44,589 bases of DNA from an uncultured Bacteroidales bacterium (GCA_944323295.1 CALUSD010000017.1:1-44589); one strand, 5' to 3'; shown: positions 20,188 to 31,132, counted from the first letter of the stretch. Notes: a model not told the origin generated them from the letters alone. Made by a program: numbers and translations.

Positions 20188-20292
20188 TTTATCCGTTTAA
20201 TTATTATCTTTGTACGATGCGGCTGCGAAGATACTCAAAAGCCGAAAACAGAACAAATTTAATATGTTTCAAATCTATTCGTAAATTAAATT

Positions 20293-20943
20293 ATGAATAT
20301 GGAATCAAAAGAAATAACAGTGGCGAAATCTCTGCTCGATATCAAGGCAGTGCTGTTGAGCCCGGACAAGCCTTTTACTTGGGCGTCCGGGTGGCATTCT
20401 CCTATCTATTGCGACAACAGGAGGATATTGTCCTTCCCGGACATCCGGGAGAATGTCTGCCGTCTTATGGCCGATATCATCAGGGAAAAGTACCCTCAGG
20501 CCGAAGTCGTTGCCGGTGTGGCTACCGGCGCCATTGCCCATGGCATGCTCATCGCTTATTTTCTCGGAAAACCTTTCGTTTATGTCAGACCGAAACCGAA
20601 GGACCACGGGACGGGCTCGCAGATAGAGGGAATCCTTGAAAAAGGAGCCAAGGTCGTAGTCGTCGAGGATCTGATTTCGACGGGGAAAAGCAGTCTGTCT
20701 GCCGTGGATGCGTTGAACAAGGCGTCTGCCGAGGTGCTGGGGATGGTGGCCATCTTCTCTTATAATTTCAACCAGGCGCGGCGCGCTTTCGAAGTGGCGA
20801 ATGTGGAACTGACCACGCTGACCAATTACGATGCCTTGATAGACGTGGCCTGCCAGACGGGTTATATCAAGGATTCTGATCTCGAGTGTCTCCGCGAGTG
20901 GCGTTTTTCGCCGTCGACATGGGGACAGGAATCCAAGGAATAG
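20293..20943 (+). CDS. pyrE: Orotate phosphoribosyltransferase
   Basis: WASGWHSPIYCDNR and PRPP motif VVVEDLISTGKS. Confidence 0.95.
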   Translation: MNMESKEITVAKSLLDIKAVLLSPDKPFTWASGWHSPIYCDNRRILSFPDIRENVCRLMADIIREKYPQAEVVAGVATGAIAHGMLIAYFLGKPFVYVRPKPKDHGTGSQIEGILEKGAKVVVVEDLISTGKSSLSAVDALNKASAEVLGMVAIFSYNFNQARRAFEVANVELTTLTNYDALIDVACQTGYIKDSDLECLREWRFSPSTWGQESKE

Positions 20944-20946
20944 GAT

Positions 20947-21399
20947 ATGGCGACGCAGATAAAAAGCAAACATGCCGCAGTGTCCAAACAGCCGTATGAG
21001 CTGTACATGGCATTCGTGGACATGCGGAATTTCCTGCAGTTTCTCCCTGAGGACAAAAAGAAGGAAATAACCGCCGACTATGATTCCGTGCATGGAAAGG
21101 TGCAGGGATTCGACATCGGGGTGCGGGTCGTGGAACGTGTCCCTTATTCGAGAATCGATTTCAGGGATGACGGCGCTCCGTTCCAGTTTTCCATATCGAT
21201 GTTTTTCGACCCGGCGCATGAGCCCGGCAAGACGGATTTTCATATTGAGTTTTCGGCGGAGTTGAATTTCATGATGAAGATGCTGCTCGGCTCGAAGCTG
21301 CAGGAGGCTTTGGACAAAGTGGTGACATCTTTGGCAGATGCTTCGGAAGGCAGGATGCCGGAGGGTTTTGATCCGTCGCAATATGGCTTTTCGAAATGA
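20947..21399 (+). CDS. SRPBCC/START-like hypothetical protein
   Basis: Size, position after pyrE and ELNFMMKMLLG C-terminal helix are typical of Bacteroidota SRPBCC proteins. Confidence 0.65.
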   Translation: MATQIKSKHAAVSKQPYELYMAFVDMRNFLQFLPEDKKKEITADYDSVHGKVQGFDIGVRVVERVPYSRIDFRDDGAPFQFSISMFFDPAHEPGKTDFHIEFSAELNFMMKMLLGSKLQEALDKVVTSLADASEGRMPEGFDPSQYGFSK

Positions 21400-22852
21400 C
21401 ATTTTCGTCGCGTATCTGAAGGAAGCGGTCGGAGCTGAGGCGGCTTCTGTCGTTTTGTCTGCTTTGGATGAGCCACCTTCCGTGTCGGTTCGCGTAAATC
21501 CGTTCAAGAAACGTCCTGATTTTCCCGGTGCGGGACAGCCGGTCCCGTGGAGCGGTTGTGGTTTCATGCTCGGGAGCAGGCCCGTGTTTACGCTCGACCC
21601 GTATTTCAGCGCCGGATGTTATTATGTGCAGGACTCTTCATCGATGTTCGTGGGGCATGTCCTCAGACAGGTCATCGGCGGCGGATGTCCCGGTGTGGAA
21701 GCGGCGGGCAATGCCGTGCCTGTCGGAAAGTCGAGTGCAGGCAGACCTGCAATAACGGTGCTCGATCTGTGTGCGGCCCCAGGCGGCAAGACTACCGATG
21801 CGGCAGCTTCTCTCAGGGCTGTATACGGAGACTCGTTCTTTCTTGTATCGAACGAAGTGATAAGGGCCAGGGCTTCGGTGCTTGCGACGAACGTGGCGGT
21901 CTGGGGAGATCCGAATGTGGCGGTGACATCCGCGGATCCGTCGGAATTTTCCTCATTGCCCGGGTTTTTCGATATCGTATTGGCCGATGTGCCGTGTTCA
22001 GGCGAAGGAATGTTCCGGAAGGACGCTGATGCTGCTGAGCAGTGGTCGCCTGAAAATGTAGCGCATTGTCAGGCGAGACAGAGACGGATATTGGCCGACG
22101 TGTGGCCGGCATTGGCTGAAAACGGCATTCTGATTTATTCGACGTGTACGTTCAACAGATACGAAAATGACGACAATGTAAAATGGGCGGTCGAAAATCT
22201 GGGCGCGGAGATAGTTTTCCCCGGCAATGTGCACGAATCGGTATTCAAGACGGATTGCGGCTGCAGTCTGCTGCCGGGTTTCGTGAAAGGAGAAGGCCAG
22301 TATTGTGCTGTCCTGAGAAAATCAGGAAAAGGCGGTCTGCAGGATGTGAAGCCGGACGGAATCCGGCGTCTGCCGGTGCAAGGCAATGCCCGAAGACAGG
22401 AGGTCAGGGAGCGGAAATCCCTGCCGTCTGCTGATATATGCCGGTATTTCGATATCCCGGTAAGAACGGTAGTCAAAGGGAATTTGATAAAGGCAGTGCC
22501 GGAAGCCGCGGCGGACGATGCAGAACTGTTGGAAAGAACGGTCAGGGTGATATCTTCGGGCTGTGCCGCAGGTACCCTTAAAGGCAGGGACATGGTGCCG
22601 CATGCCGACATGGCATTGAATATCAGGACAAGGAGTGATGTTTTCCCTCAGGCTGATTTGGACTTGAAGGCAGCGTTGCAGTTCCTGCGCAGGGAGTCGT
22701 TTGCATTGCCTGAGGCAGAAAAGGGCTATGTGATGGTGTCCTATGGCGGAGCTCCCTTGGGTTTTGTGAAAAATATAGGCAGCAGGTGCAACAATCTGCA
22801 TCCTGCCGAGCGAAGAATAAGAATGGATATCAAGGAAGTCGACAACTTCTGA
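21383..22852 (+). CDS. RsmF/NOL1/NOP2/Sun rRNA m5C methyltransferase
   Basis: YYVQDSSSM, DLCAAPGGKT, DVPCSGEGMFRK and YSTCT. Start MAFRND at 21383. Confidence 0.92.
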   Translation: MAFRNDIFVAYLKEAVGAEAASVVLSALDEPPSVSVRVNPFKKRPDFPGAGQPVPWSGCGFMLGSRPVFTLDPYFSAGCYYVQDSSSMFVGHVLRQVIGGGCPGVEAAGNAVPVGKSSAGRPAITVLDLCAAPGGKTTDAAASLRAVYGDSFFLVSNEVIRARASVLATNVAVWGDPNVAVTSADPSEFSSLPGFFDIVLADVPCSGEGMFRKDADAAEQWSPENVAHCQARQRRILADVWPALAENGILIYSTCTFNRYENDDNVKWAVENLGAEIVFPGNVHESVFKTDCGCSLLPGFVKGEGQYCAVLRKSGKGGLQDVKPDGIRRLPVQGNARRQEVRERKSLPSADICRYFDIPVRTVVKGNLIKAVPEAAADDAELLERTVRVISSGCAAGTLKGRDMVPHADMALNIRTRSDVFPQADLDLKAALQFLRRESFALPEAEKGYVMVSYGGAPLGFVKNIGSRCNNLHPAERRIRMDIKEVDNF

Positions 22853-22918
22853 AAGTGAGTTCGATGAAATTCATTTTCGTCGATTATTGAAAAAATCATC
22901 GGAACAAAGGATTTTATT

Positions 22919-23863
22919 ATGCAGGTAAAAAGAATCTCGTCGGTATTTGCGTTTTTCGGACTGTTCCTGTCCGCGGCGGCATTTGCTCAGACTCCGGAAG
23001 AGCTGTCGGAGTCATATTCGAAAAGATATGATCTTGTGGTGTCCAAACTCGGCTATGACGGTGTGGGTGTGGAGACCATCCTCAATCAGTGGGAGAGTGT
23101 GGATCCGACGAACGAAAAAATGCTCGTGGCCAAGTTCAACTACTATTTTACGAAGTCTCAGTCGACCTCGGTGGTGGTAAAGCCCGAGAAAAAGTATCTC
23201 GGGGCTGACCCTGTCCTGTCCCTGAAGGATTCGACCGGCCGTGACGTGTATTATTTCCAGGAGATTTTTTATGATGATTCTTTGTTTTCGAAATCCATGT
23301 CGTATCTCGACAAGGCGATTTCGGAGCGTCCGTTGAGAATCGATTTGCGTTTTACAAAGGTGGCGGCTCTGATGTCTTACGAAAAAGACAGTCCGGATAT
23401 GGCCCTCTCGTATCTTTTGGGATTGGTGGACAAGGATGTGGCGGAGGATTGCAAATGGGAATACCCCGGTGCGGAATTGGGAGAAGACTTTTTCGAACAG
23501 TCCATGCAGGAGTACTGCTATGCTTTTTTCCGGACTGGAACTCCTTCAGCATACGAGGCTTTCAGGACGCTTTCGGAGAGGATGCTCCTTGTAAATCCCA
23601 GGAATCCGGTTTTTATCACCAATATCGGGACCTATGATTTTATCGTGGCCAAGGATTACAAACAGGCCTGGAAAAATTACAACAAGGCGCTGAAGATAAA
23701 GCCGGATGACTATACTGCCTTGAAGAATTGTGTCCTGCTGGCACGTCAGCAGGACAATGTCAAATTAGAGAAAAAATATCTCACACGATTTGCCGAAATA
23801 GCTCCCGAGAATGAAAAACTCGCGGCAGAGGGGCGGTTGAAATATATTTCCGGGAAAAAATGA
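22919..23863 (+). CDS. Secreted TPR-like hypothetical protein
   Basis: Signal peptide ending AAFA; TPR-like helices (AWKNYNKALKIKPDD). Confidence 0.75.
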   Translation: MQVKRISSVFAFFGLFLSAAAFAQTPEELSESYSKRYDLVVSKLGYDGVGVETILNQWESVDPTNEKMLVAKFNYYFTKSQSTSVVVKPEKKYLGADPVLSLKDSTGRDVYYFQEIFYDDSLFSKSMSYLDKAISERPLRIDLRFTKVAALMSYEKDSPDMALSYLLGLVDKDVAEDCKWEYPGAELGEDFFEQSMQEYCYAFFRTGTPSAYEAFRTLSERMLLVNPRNPVFITNIGTYDFIVAKDYKQAWKNYNKALKIKPDDYTALKNCVLLARQQDNVKLEKKYLTRFAEIAPENEKLAAEGRLKYISGKK

Positions 23864-23895
23864 CGGAGTTTTTTCGTCTTAGCGCCTCTTCCGGC

Positions 23896-24882
23896 TCAAC
23901 AATGGCTTCCACTGGAATCGGTTTTCCTGACCTTATATAACTGCCAGGAATTGTATATGTTGTGCCAGATGCTGTAAAAGCCTCCGGCAATGGATGTGAC
24001 CGGCGTCATGAACGTATATCCCATCCAGATCGCTACGACCGTGTTTTTCTGACCGAGAGCCTGCCCTGCCGTGATGGTGGCTCCGTATCTTTTCCCTATC
24101 TTTTTTCCTGCCCAGAACTGGAGTGCGCAGCATGCAAGAGAAACTACGGCCAATCCGGCCTGGAATACGACAGGCGTGGTGCTGTGTACAATGGATCTGG
24201 TGGTCATCAGAATGGCGAGCATAAGCGATACTCCCCAGAGATAGAATGCGGCGTCCGTGAATCTCAAAAGCCATATGTGAAAATGCGGCATCAGGTACCG
24301 GACGAGAAATGCCAGCAGGCACGGGGCTATCAGCATGGGAAAGACTTTTGCTAAAATCAGGCTTGATGCAGTGACGAACGAAATGCCTTCTGCGGGATGT
24401 ACGACAGGTACGACCAACGGTACGAGTACGGACACGACCATGTTGATCAGGATAGTATATGCCGTGATTCCGGATATGTCCCCTCCTAATTTCCCGGTGA
24501 CTACGGCGGCTGCCGTAGCTGTCGGGCAGATAAGGCAGAGCATGGCGCCTTCAATCAGCACTTTCCAGCTGAAATCCGGCAGCAGTATCTCTATGAGAGC
24601 AAACAACATGAATCCCGCCGACTGGCACAGCAGAAGCCATGCATGCCATTTTCTCGGCCTGAGTTCTCTCGGCTCGATCCGGCAGAACGAAAGAAAAAGC
24701 ATCACGAAAATCAATGCCGGCTGCAGAAAGCCGACTATGTGCTCTAATACCGGTCCGGCCACCGCCAAAGCCGGAATATTGTCATATATAATATAAAGAA
24801 GTGCTCCCGACACAATGGCAATCGGCAGCGTCCAGGCTTTTATAAAGCGGACTGCATCGCTGAAAAATCTGTGCATAATCAT
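23896..24882 (-). CDS. Bile acid:sodium symporter-like transporter
   Basis: About nine TM helices; CPTATAA and GQKNT motifs. Confidence 0.8.
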   Translation of the reverse strand: MIMHRFFSDAVRFIKAWTLPIAIVSGALLYIIYDNIPALAVAGPVLEHIVGFLQPALIFVMLFLSFCRIEPRELRPRKWHAWLLLCQSAGFMLFALIEILLPDFSWKVLIEGAMLCLICPTATAAAVVTGKLGGDISGITAYTILINMVVSVLVPLVVPVVHPAEGISFVTASSLILAKVFPMLIAPCLLAFLVRYLMPHFHIWLLRFTDAAFYLWGVSLMLAILMTTRSIVHSTTPVVFQAGLAVVSLACCALQFWAGKKIGKRYGATITAGQALGQKNTVVAIWMGYTFMTPVTSIAGGFYSIWHNIYNSWQLYKVRKTDSSGSHC

Positions 24883-24913
24883 TCTCCCGAACGACGAAAA
24901 AATAAAATATCCA

Positions 24914-25822
24914 TTATTCGTCGAATTCCGCGAACATCGATGTGCTGAGGTATTTTTCGGCGCGGTCGGGGAAGACTACGACGATGTTTCCCTTGTCTAT
25001 GCGGTGGGCGGTCCTGGCTGCCGCAAGCATGGCGGCTCCGCTGCTCATTCCTGCGAAAATGCCTTCTTCGGCGATGATTCTGCGGGCCATGGTGATAGCC
25101 TCTTCGCTTTCGACCATTTCCTGGATGTCGATTTGCGAGGGGTCATAAATGGCGGGAACTATGGCTTCCTCCATGTTTTTCAAGCCCTGGATGTAATGCC
25201 CTTTTACAGGATGGGCGCAGACGACCTTTATATCGGGATTCATAACTTTCAGGAACTTCGACAGTCCCATTATCGTACCGGAAGTTCCGAGCGCGCAGAC
25301 TAAATAGTCTATCTTGCCGCCGGTCTGCTGCCATATTTCCAAGGCGGTGGACTGATAGTGCGTAAGATAGTTGGCGGCGTTCTTGAACTGGTCCGGCATG
25401 AAATATTTCCCGGGGTTTTCCGCCACTTTTTTGCGGGCGAGTCTTATGGCTCCGTCTGTACCCTCATCGGCCGGCGTCAGAGTGACTGTCGCTCCGTATG
25501 AACGTATGATTTTCCTGCGCTCCACCGATACGGCCCGGCTCATCACGATTTCCACAGAATACCCTTTTATGATGCCGATGACCGCCAGGCCGATGCCCGT
25601 ATTGCCGGAAGTAGGCTCTATGATGGTCTGCCCCGGTTTCAGCCTCCCGTCATTTTCAGCGTCTTCTATCATTTTCAGGGCTATCCTGTCCTTGATGCTG
25701 CCTGTCGGGTTGAAGCCTTCTACTTTTGCATAGATATTCACTGAGGGATTCGGATTCAGTCTGTTGATTCTGACCATCGGCGTATTGCCTATGGTCCCGA
25801 GGATATTGTTTTTGATGTCCAT
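24914..25822 (-). CDS. Cysteine synthase (CysK/CysM family)
   Basis: KVEGFNPTGSIKDR, EPTSGNTGIG, GTSGT and KYLST. Confidence 0.92.
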   Translation of the reverse strand: MDIKNNILGTIGNTPMVRINRLNPNPSVNIYAKVEGFNPTGSIKDRIALKMIEDAENDGRLKPGQTIIEPTSGNTGIGLAVIGIIKGYSVEIVMSRAVSVERRKIIRSYGATVTLTPADEGTDGAIRLARKKVAENPGKYFMPDQFKNAANYLTHYQSTALEIWQQTGGKIDYLVCALGTSGTIMGLSKFLKVMNPDIKVVCAHPVKGHYIQGLKNMEEAIVPAIYDPSQIDIQEMVESEEAITMARRIIAEEGIFAGMSSGAAMLAAARTAHRIDKGNIVVVFPDRAEKYLSTSMFAEFDE

Positions 25823-25868
25823 TGTCTGTCGTTTTATTGCAAAGTCCGCATAAGTTGCGCGTCAGCGA

Positions 25869-25896
25869 CAAATATACTGAAATTTTCTTATTTTTG
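25869..25896. promoter_or_regulatory. Divergent -7 boxes for cysteine synthase (-) and asnA (+)
   Basis: CAAATATA at 25869-25876 (TATATTTG on minus) and TATTTTTG at 25889-25896. Confidence 0.55.
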
Positions 25897-25960
25897 TAGG
25901 ATGGTCGTTCCGACCAATGCTCTCTCATGTTGTTTATGGAATATAACAAATTTTGGAATT

Positions 25961-26997
25961 ATGCCGCTAATATTGCCCGAAGGGTATAGAAATATACTCG
26001 AAAATGTAGAAAATACGGAAAAAGCTATCAAATATGTCAAGGACATGTTCCAGGAAACCTGTCGGCGCAGCTTGCACTGTTGAGGGTGACCGCTCCGATG
26101 GTGGTGCTGTCGGGAACTGGTATAAACGATGATCTGAACAGTGTGGAGCGGCCGGTTTCATTTCCCATAAAATCGATGGGGGAGAGACCTGCAGAAGTGG
26201 TGCATTCCTTAGCTAAATGGAAAAGGTTGAAACTCGCCCGGATGGGTGTAGGGCCTGGACGAGGCATATATACGGATATGAACGCCTTGCGGCCGGACGA
26301 GGAATTGGACAACCTGCATTCGCTGTATGTGGACCAGTGGGACTGGGAAAAGGTCATAAGAAAGGAAGACAGAAACGTCCATTTCCTGAAAGCCATGGTC
26401 AGAAGGATTTACGAGGCGATAAAGGTGACCGAGAACAAGGTATTCGTGGAGTTTCCGCAGATAGAGCCGATGCTGCCGGAGGATATTTTCTTCATACATT
26501 CCGAGGAACTGCTGCAGCTGTATCCTGACTTGACTCCGAAAGAAAGGGAAAATGAAATAGTGCGGAAACACAAGGCGGTATTTATCATAGGAATAGGTGC
26601 GGACTTGTCTGACGGGAAGCCGCATGACGGCAGAGCAGCGGACTATGACGACTGGAGCACCGTGGATTCGTATGGCTTCGAGGGGCTGAACGGGGATATA
26701 CTGTTGTGGAATCCAGTGTTGCAGAGCGCTTTCGAAGTGTCCAGCATGGGTATCCGCGTGGATGAGACCGCCATGGAGAAGCAGTTAGCCGTCAGGGAGC
26801 AGGAATGGAAGAAAGACCTGTATTTCCACAGGAAACTGCTTGCCGGAGAGCTTCCGTATACCATCGGCGGCGGTATCGGCCAGTCGCGCCTGTGCATGTA
26901 TCTTCTGCGCAAGGCCCATATCGGCGAAATCCAGAGCAGCATCTGGCCTGAAGACATGGTCTCTGTCTGCCGCAGGCATGGTATCGAGCTGGTATAG
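25961..26997 (+). pseudogene. asnA: Aspartate--ammonia ligase with a 1-nt frameshift near 26054-26057 (pseudogene or assembly error)
   Basis: MPLILPEGY..KDMFQE is in one frame. It continues as LSAQLALLRVTAP..DDLN..SLAKWKR..VDQWDWE..GGGIGQSR in another. Confidence 0.85.
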
Positions 26998-27016
26998 AAT
27001 TGTCCGATAAAATCAT

Positions 27017-27024
27017 TAACTTTG
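27017..27024 (+). promoter_or_regulatory. -7 box of the prfB promoter
   Basis: TAACTTTG matches TAnnTTTG, 68 nt upstream of the start. Confidence 0.6.
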
Positions 27025-27092
27025 CAGGCTGTGCCGGAACGGAAATTCAAGTGAGCCGGGACGGAAATCCAGATGTTAAAATATATTGATTA

Positions 27093-28220
27093 ATGATAAC
27101 GGTAGAACAGATAAAGGAACTGAAGCAGAGGGTGGAGACATTGGACAAATGTCTCAATATCGGAGCGAAGCGCCAGGAGGTGTCGGAAAAACAGAAAAAA
27201 ACATTGGAGCCCGACTTCTGGGATGATCCCAAAGCTGCTGAAAAGTATCTGAAAGAACTCTCCGGAGTGAAATCCTGGGTGACGGGATATGATGATGCGG
27301 CTTCGGCAGTGGCTGATTTGGATGTGCTCTATGAATTTGCAAAGGAAAGTGCCGACGCATCCGCGGAAGATACGGAGACAGATGAAATGAAGGAACTGTC
27401 TGCCGGATATGAAGCGGCGGAAAAGCTCGTGGAAGCGCTTGAATTGAAGAACATGCTCGGCGAGGAAGGCGACAGTCTCGGAGCCATACTTACCATAAAT
27501 TCCGGTGCAGGCGGCACGGAGGCCAACGACTGGTCTTCAATGCTGATGCGCATGTATATGCGCTGGGGCGAGCGCAACGGCTATAAACTGACGGTTACCG
27601 ACCTGCTCGAGGGCGAGGATGCCGGTATCAAGTCCGCTACGATACAGTTCGAGGGAGACTATGCTTTCGGTTATCTGAAAGCAGAAAGCGGTGTGCACAG
27701 GCTTGTTCGCATCTCTCCGTTCAACGCGCAGGGAAAACGTCAGACTACATTTTCCTCCGTTTTCGTATATCCTCTTGTGGACGATACCATTGAAATCGAG
27801 ATAAATCCGGCTGATTTGGAATGGGACACATACCGTTCGAGCGGTGCAGGTGGCCAGAATGTGAACAAGGTGGAGACTGGAGTCCGCGTAAGACATATCC
27901 CTACCGGCATCGTGGTCGAGAATACGGAGACCCGCTCTCAGCTCGATAATCGTCAGAACGCATTGCGGATACTTAAATCCCGGCTTTATGACTTAGAACT
28001 GAAAAAGCGTCAGGAGAAACAGGCCGAGTTGGAGGGACAGAAGAAAAAGATAGAGTGGGGGTCGCAGATCCGAAGCTATGTCCTGCATCCGTACAAGATG
28101 GTGAAAGACCTCCGTACGGGATACGAGACTTCCGATACTCAGGGGGTGCTGGACGGGGATCTGAACGAGTTTATGAAAGTTTATCTTATGGGCTCCGGCT
28201 CCGGAAAAACGAAACAATAA
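27093..28220 (+). CDS. prfB: Peptide chain release factor 2 (uninterrupted ORF)
   Basis: SPF motif (RISPF), GGQ and WGSQIRSY. Confidence 0.96.
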   Translation: MITVEQIKELKQRVETLDKCLNIGAKRQEVSEKQKKTLEPDFWDDPKAAEKYLKELSGVKSWVTGYDDAASAVADLDVLYEFAKESADASAEDTETDEMKELSAGYEAAEKLVEALELKNMLGEEGDSLGAILTINSGAGGTEANDWSSMLMRMYMRWGERNGYKLTVTDLLEGEDAGIKSATIQFEGDYAFGYLKAESGVHRLVRISPFNAQGKRQTTFSSVFVYPLVDDTIEIEINPADLEWDTYRSSGAGGQNVNKVETGVRVRHIPTGIVVENTETRSQLDNRQNALRILKSRLYDLELKKRQEKQAELEGQKKKIEWGSQIRSYVLHPYKMVKDLRTGYETSDTQGVLDGDLNEFMKVYLMGSGSGKTKQ

Positions 28221-28233
28221 TAACAAAAATAAT

Positions 28234-29847
28234 ATGGAATTCAAGTATGCACCGATGTTTCAGCTTGGGGAAGACAAGACTGAATACTATCTTCTGACGA
28301 AAGATTACGTGTCAGTAGGCGAATTTGAAGGCAAGCCTGTTCTTAAAGTGGAGAAAGAGGGCCTTACGGCAATGGCGAATGCCGCCTTCAGGGATGTTTC
28401 GTTCATGTTGCGCCCCGCGCACAACGAACAGGTGGCGAAAATCCTTTCGGACCCTCAGGCGAGCGACAACGACAAGTACGTAGCTCTGACTTTCCTGAGA
28501 AATGCGGAGGTGGCGTGCAAGGGCAAACTTCCGTTCTGCCAGGATACCGGTACTGCCATAGTCCACGGTGAAAAAGGCCAGCAGGTGTGGACAGGGTATT
28601 GTGACGAAGAAGCACTCTCTCTCGGCGTGTACAAGACCTATACCGAGGAGAATCTGCGCTATTCGCAGAATGCGCCGCTTTCGATGTATGAAGAAGTGAA
28701 TACGAAGTGCAACCTCCCGGCTCAGATTGATATCGAGGCTACGGAGGGAATGGAATACAGATTCCTGTGCGTAACCAAAGGCGGAGGCTCTGCGAACAAA
28801 ACCTATCTTTACCAGGAGACAAAGGCCATCCTGAATCCACAGACGTTGGTACCTTTCCTTGTATCCAAGATGAAAACTCTCGGGACGGCGGCATGCCCTC
28901 CGTATCACATTGCGTTCGTGATAGGCGGGACATCTGCCGAAAAGAATCTGCTTACCGTGAAGTTGGCATCCACTCATTATTATGACAGCCTTCCTACCAC
29001 GGGAGACGAGACAGGCAGGGCATTCAGGGATGTAGCTCTTGAGCAGGAGGTCCTGGAGGCTGCTCACAAACTCGGTCTCGGAGCTCAGTTCGGAGGAAAA
29101 TACTATGCTCATGACGTACGTATCATCCGTCTTCCCCGTCATGGCGCCAGCTGTCCTGTAGGTTTGGGCGTAAGCTGCTCTGCCGACAGAAATATCAAGT
29201 GCAAGATAAACAAGGACGGCATCTGGATAGAGAAACTCGACGACAACCCGGGCCGTCTCATTCCGGAAGAACTCCGTCGGGCAGGAGAAGGGGATGCCGT
29301 GAAGATAAATCTTGATCAGCCGATGCCGGAAATCCTGAAAGAACTGCACAAATATCCTGTTTCGACCCGTCTGAGCCTGAACGGAACCATCATAGTAGCC
29401 CGCGATATTGCGCATGCCAAGATCAAGGAAAGGCTTGACAGGGGAGAGGAAGTGCCTCAATATCTGAAGGACCACCCTGTTTATTATGCCGGTCCTGCAA
29501 AGACGCCTGCAGGAATGCCTTGCGGCTCGATGGGACCTACTACGGCCGGCAGAATGGATCCGTACGTGGAACTGTTCCAGTCTCATGGAGGCAGCATGGT
29601 GATGCTTGCAAAAGGCAACAGAAGCCAGCAGGTGACGGATGCATGCAAGAAATACGGAGGTTTCTATCTCGGCTCCATTGGAGGTCCTGCGGCTATTCTT
29701 GCCCAGAACAATATCAAGTCCATAGAGTGTGTGGAGTATCCGGAGCTCGGAATGGAGGCCATATGGAAGATCCGTGTCGAGGATTTCCCTGCATTCATTC
29801 TTGTGGATGACAAGGGCAACGATTTCTTCAAGAAATTCGGACTGTAA
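28234..29847 (+). CDS. Class I Fe-S fumarate hydratase
   Basis: [30 protein letters not shown] and GSIGG. Confidence 0.95.
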   Translation: MEFKYAPMFQLGEDKTEYYLLTKDYVSVGEFEGKPVLKVEKEGLTAMANAAFRDVSFMLRPAHNEQVAKILSDPQASDNDKYVALTFLRNAEVACKGKLPFCQDTGTAIVHGEKGQQVWTGYCDEEALSLGVYKTYTEENLRYSQNAPLSMYEEVNTKCNLPAQIDIEATEGMEYRFLCVTKGGGSANKTYLYQETKAILNPQTLVPFLVSKMKTLGTAACPPYHIAFVIGGTSAEKNLLTVKLASTHYYDSLPTTGDETGRAFRDVALEQEVLEAAHKLGLGAQFGGKYYAHDVRIIRLPRHGASCPVGLGVSCSADRNIKCKINKDGIWIEKLDDNPGRLIPEELRRAGEGDAVKINLDQPMPEILKELHKYPVSTRLSLNGTIIVARDIAHAKIKERLDRGEEVPQYLKDHPVYYAGPAKTPAGMPCGSMGPTTAGRMDPYVELFQSHGGSMVMLAKGNRSQQVTDACKKYGGFYLGSIGGPAAILAQNNIKSIECVEYPELGMEAIWKIRVEDFPAFILVDDKGNDFFKKFGL

Positions 29848-30422
29848 TGAAAGAATTCGATATCGAAAAAGCGATAAGCGAAGACGGAAAGTGGGAGACA
29901 GTCAGCAGCGAGTATCTGTTCAGGAGACCGTGGCTGACTGTCCGCCATGACAGTGTCAGACTGCCTGACGGACGGATAAATCCGGAGTTCTATGTCTTGG
30001 AATATCCTGACTGGATAAACGTCATCGCCATTACCGAGGACGGACGTTTTGTGATGGAGAAACAGTTCCGCTACGGACTCGGCAAGACATGTTACGAGAT
30101 CCCTGCCGGCGTCATGGAAAAAGGTGAAACTCCTCTCGAGGCAGCTCAGAGGGAACTCGCCGAGGAGACCGGTTTTGGAGGAGGCGAGTGGAAAGAATGG
30201 ATGGTCGTATCGGGAAACCCGAGTACGACCAATAACCTTACCCATTCTTTTCTTGCTACCGGTGTGAAAAAAATTGCCGGACAGCATTTGGACAGCACCG
30301 AGGATCTTAGCGTTTGTCTGCTTGCGGCAGATGAAGTCAGGCAATTGCTTGTCTCTGACAAAATCCGTCAGGCACTGATGGCGGCTCCGTTGTGGAAGTA
30401 TTTTGCGTTAAATTCATTGTGA
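29847..30422 (+). CDS. NUDIX hydrolase (ADP-ribose pyrophosphatase-like)
   Basis: QFRY and EIPAG..AAQRELAEETG. Confidence 0.9.
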   Translation: MKEFDIEKAISEDGKWETVSSEYLFRRPWLTVRHDSVRLPDGRINPEFYVLEYPDWINVIAITEDGRFVMEKQFRYGLGKTCYEIPAGVMEKGETPLEAAQRELAEETGFGGGEWKEWMVVSGNPSTTNNLTHSFLATGVKKIAGQHLDSTEDLSVCLLAADEVRQLLVSDKIRQALMAAPLWKYFALNSL

Positions 30423-30430
30423 ATACAAAC

Positions 30431-30556
30431 AAGAGGGCGACCCAAAAGGGTAATTTCCGCGTTACGCTTGATTCGAAAATCCTCATGTACGACAGTACAC
30501 TGCGGTTTTCTTATCTTCGCAAGCCTTGAAATTCCGCCTTTGGGGTCACCCTCTTT
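30431..30556 (-). repeat. ~127-bp palindromic element, copy 2
   Basis: Reverse complement aligns without gaps to 1423-1548 with ~14 substitutions. Lies between convergent genes. Confidence 0.9.
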
Positions 30557-30577
30557 GCTATAGCTCTGTAGTGGAGA

Positions 30578-31132
30578 CTATTTCTTGAAGTAGCGGTTGT
30601 AAAGTCCCTGGAATCCTGCGCCGTGACGGGCTTCGTCCTTGCACATTTCATGAACAGTATCATGGATGGCGTCGAGATTCTGGGCCTTAGCCAATTTTGC
30701 GATACGGAGTTTGTCTTCGCATGCGCCGGCTTCCGCTTCCATTCTCTTTTTTACATTGGTTTCCGTGTCCCATACCACCTCTCCGAGCAGCTCTGCGAAT
30801 CTTGCTGCATGATCCGCTTCTTCGTATGCGTATCTCTTGAACGCTTCCGCTATTTCAGGATAGCCTTCCCTGTCGGCCTGGCGGCTCATGGCTATGTACA
30901 TTCCCACCTCGGTGCACTCTCCGGCAAAATGATCCTTGAGCCCCTGGAGGATTTCTGGATCTATACCCTTTGCCACTCCGAGCTTGTGCTCGTCGGCCCA
31001 GGTCAGTTCACCTTCCTTTTCTACGACTTCTACGAATTTGTCAGCCTTTGCATGGCATATAGGGCACTCTGCAGGAGCGCTGTCACCCTCGTGGATGTAA
31101 CCGCACACGAGACATCTGAATTTCTTTTTCAT
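30578..31132 (-). CDS. Reverse rubrerythrin / NADH peroxidase
   Basis: N-terminal rubredoxin domain (CLVC..CPIC); diiron ExxH motifs EEADH and DEARH. Confidence 0.93.
   Translation of the reverse strand: MKKKFRCLVCGYIHEGDSAPAECPICHAKADKFVEVVEKEGELTWADEHKLGVAKGIDPEILQGLKDHFAGECTEVGMYIAMSRQADREGYPEIAEAFKRYAYEEADHAARFAELLGEVVWDTETNVKKRMEAEAGACEDKLRIAKLAKAQNLDAIHDTVHEMCKDEARHGAGFQGLYNRYFKK

Noticed and set aside
20305-21567. 420-aa antisense ORF
   Set aside because: Shadow of pyrE and the SRPBCC gene; no recognisable motifs.
21670-21750. Gly/Ala-rich insert in the RsmF-like protein as an inserted repeat element
   Set aside because: No similarity to either repeat family; most likely a variable loop.
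28312-29586. 424-aa antisense ORF
   Set aside because: Shadow of the fumarase gene caused by codon bias.
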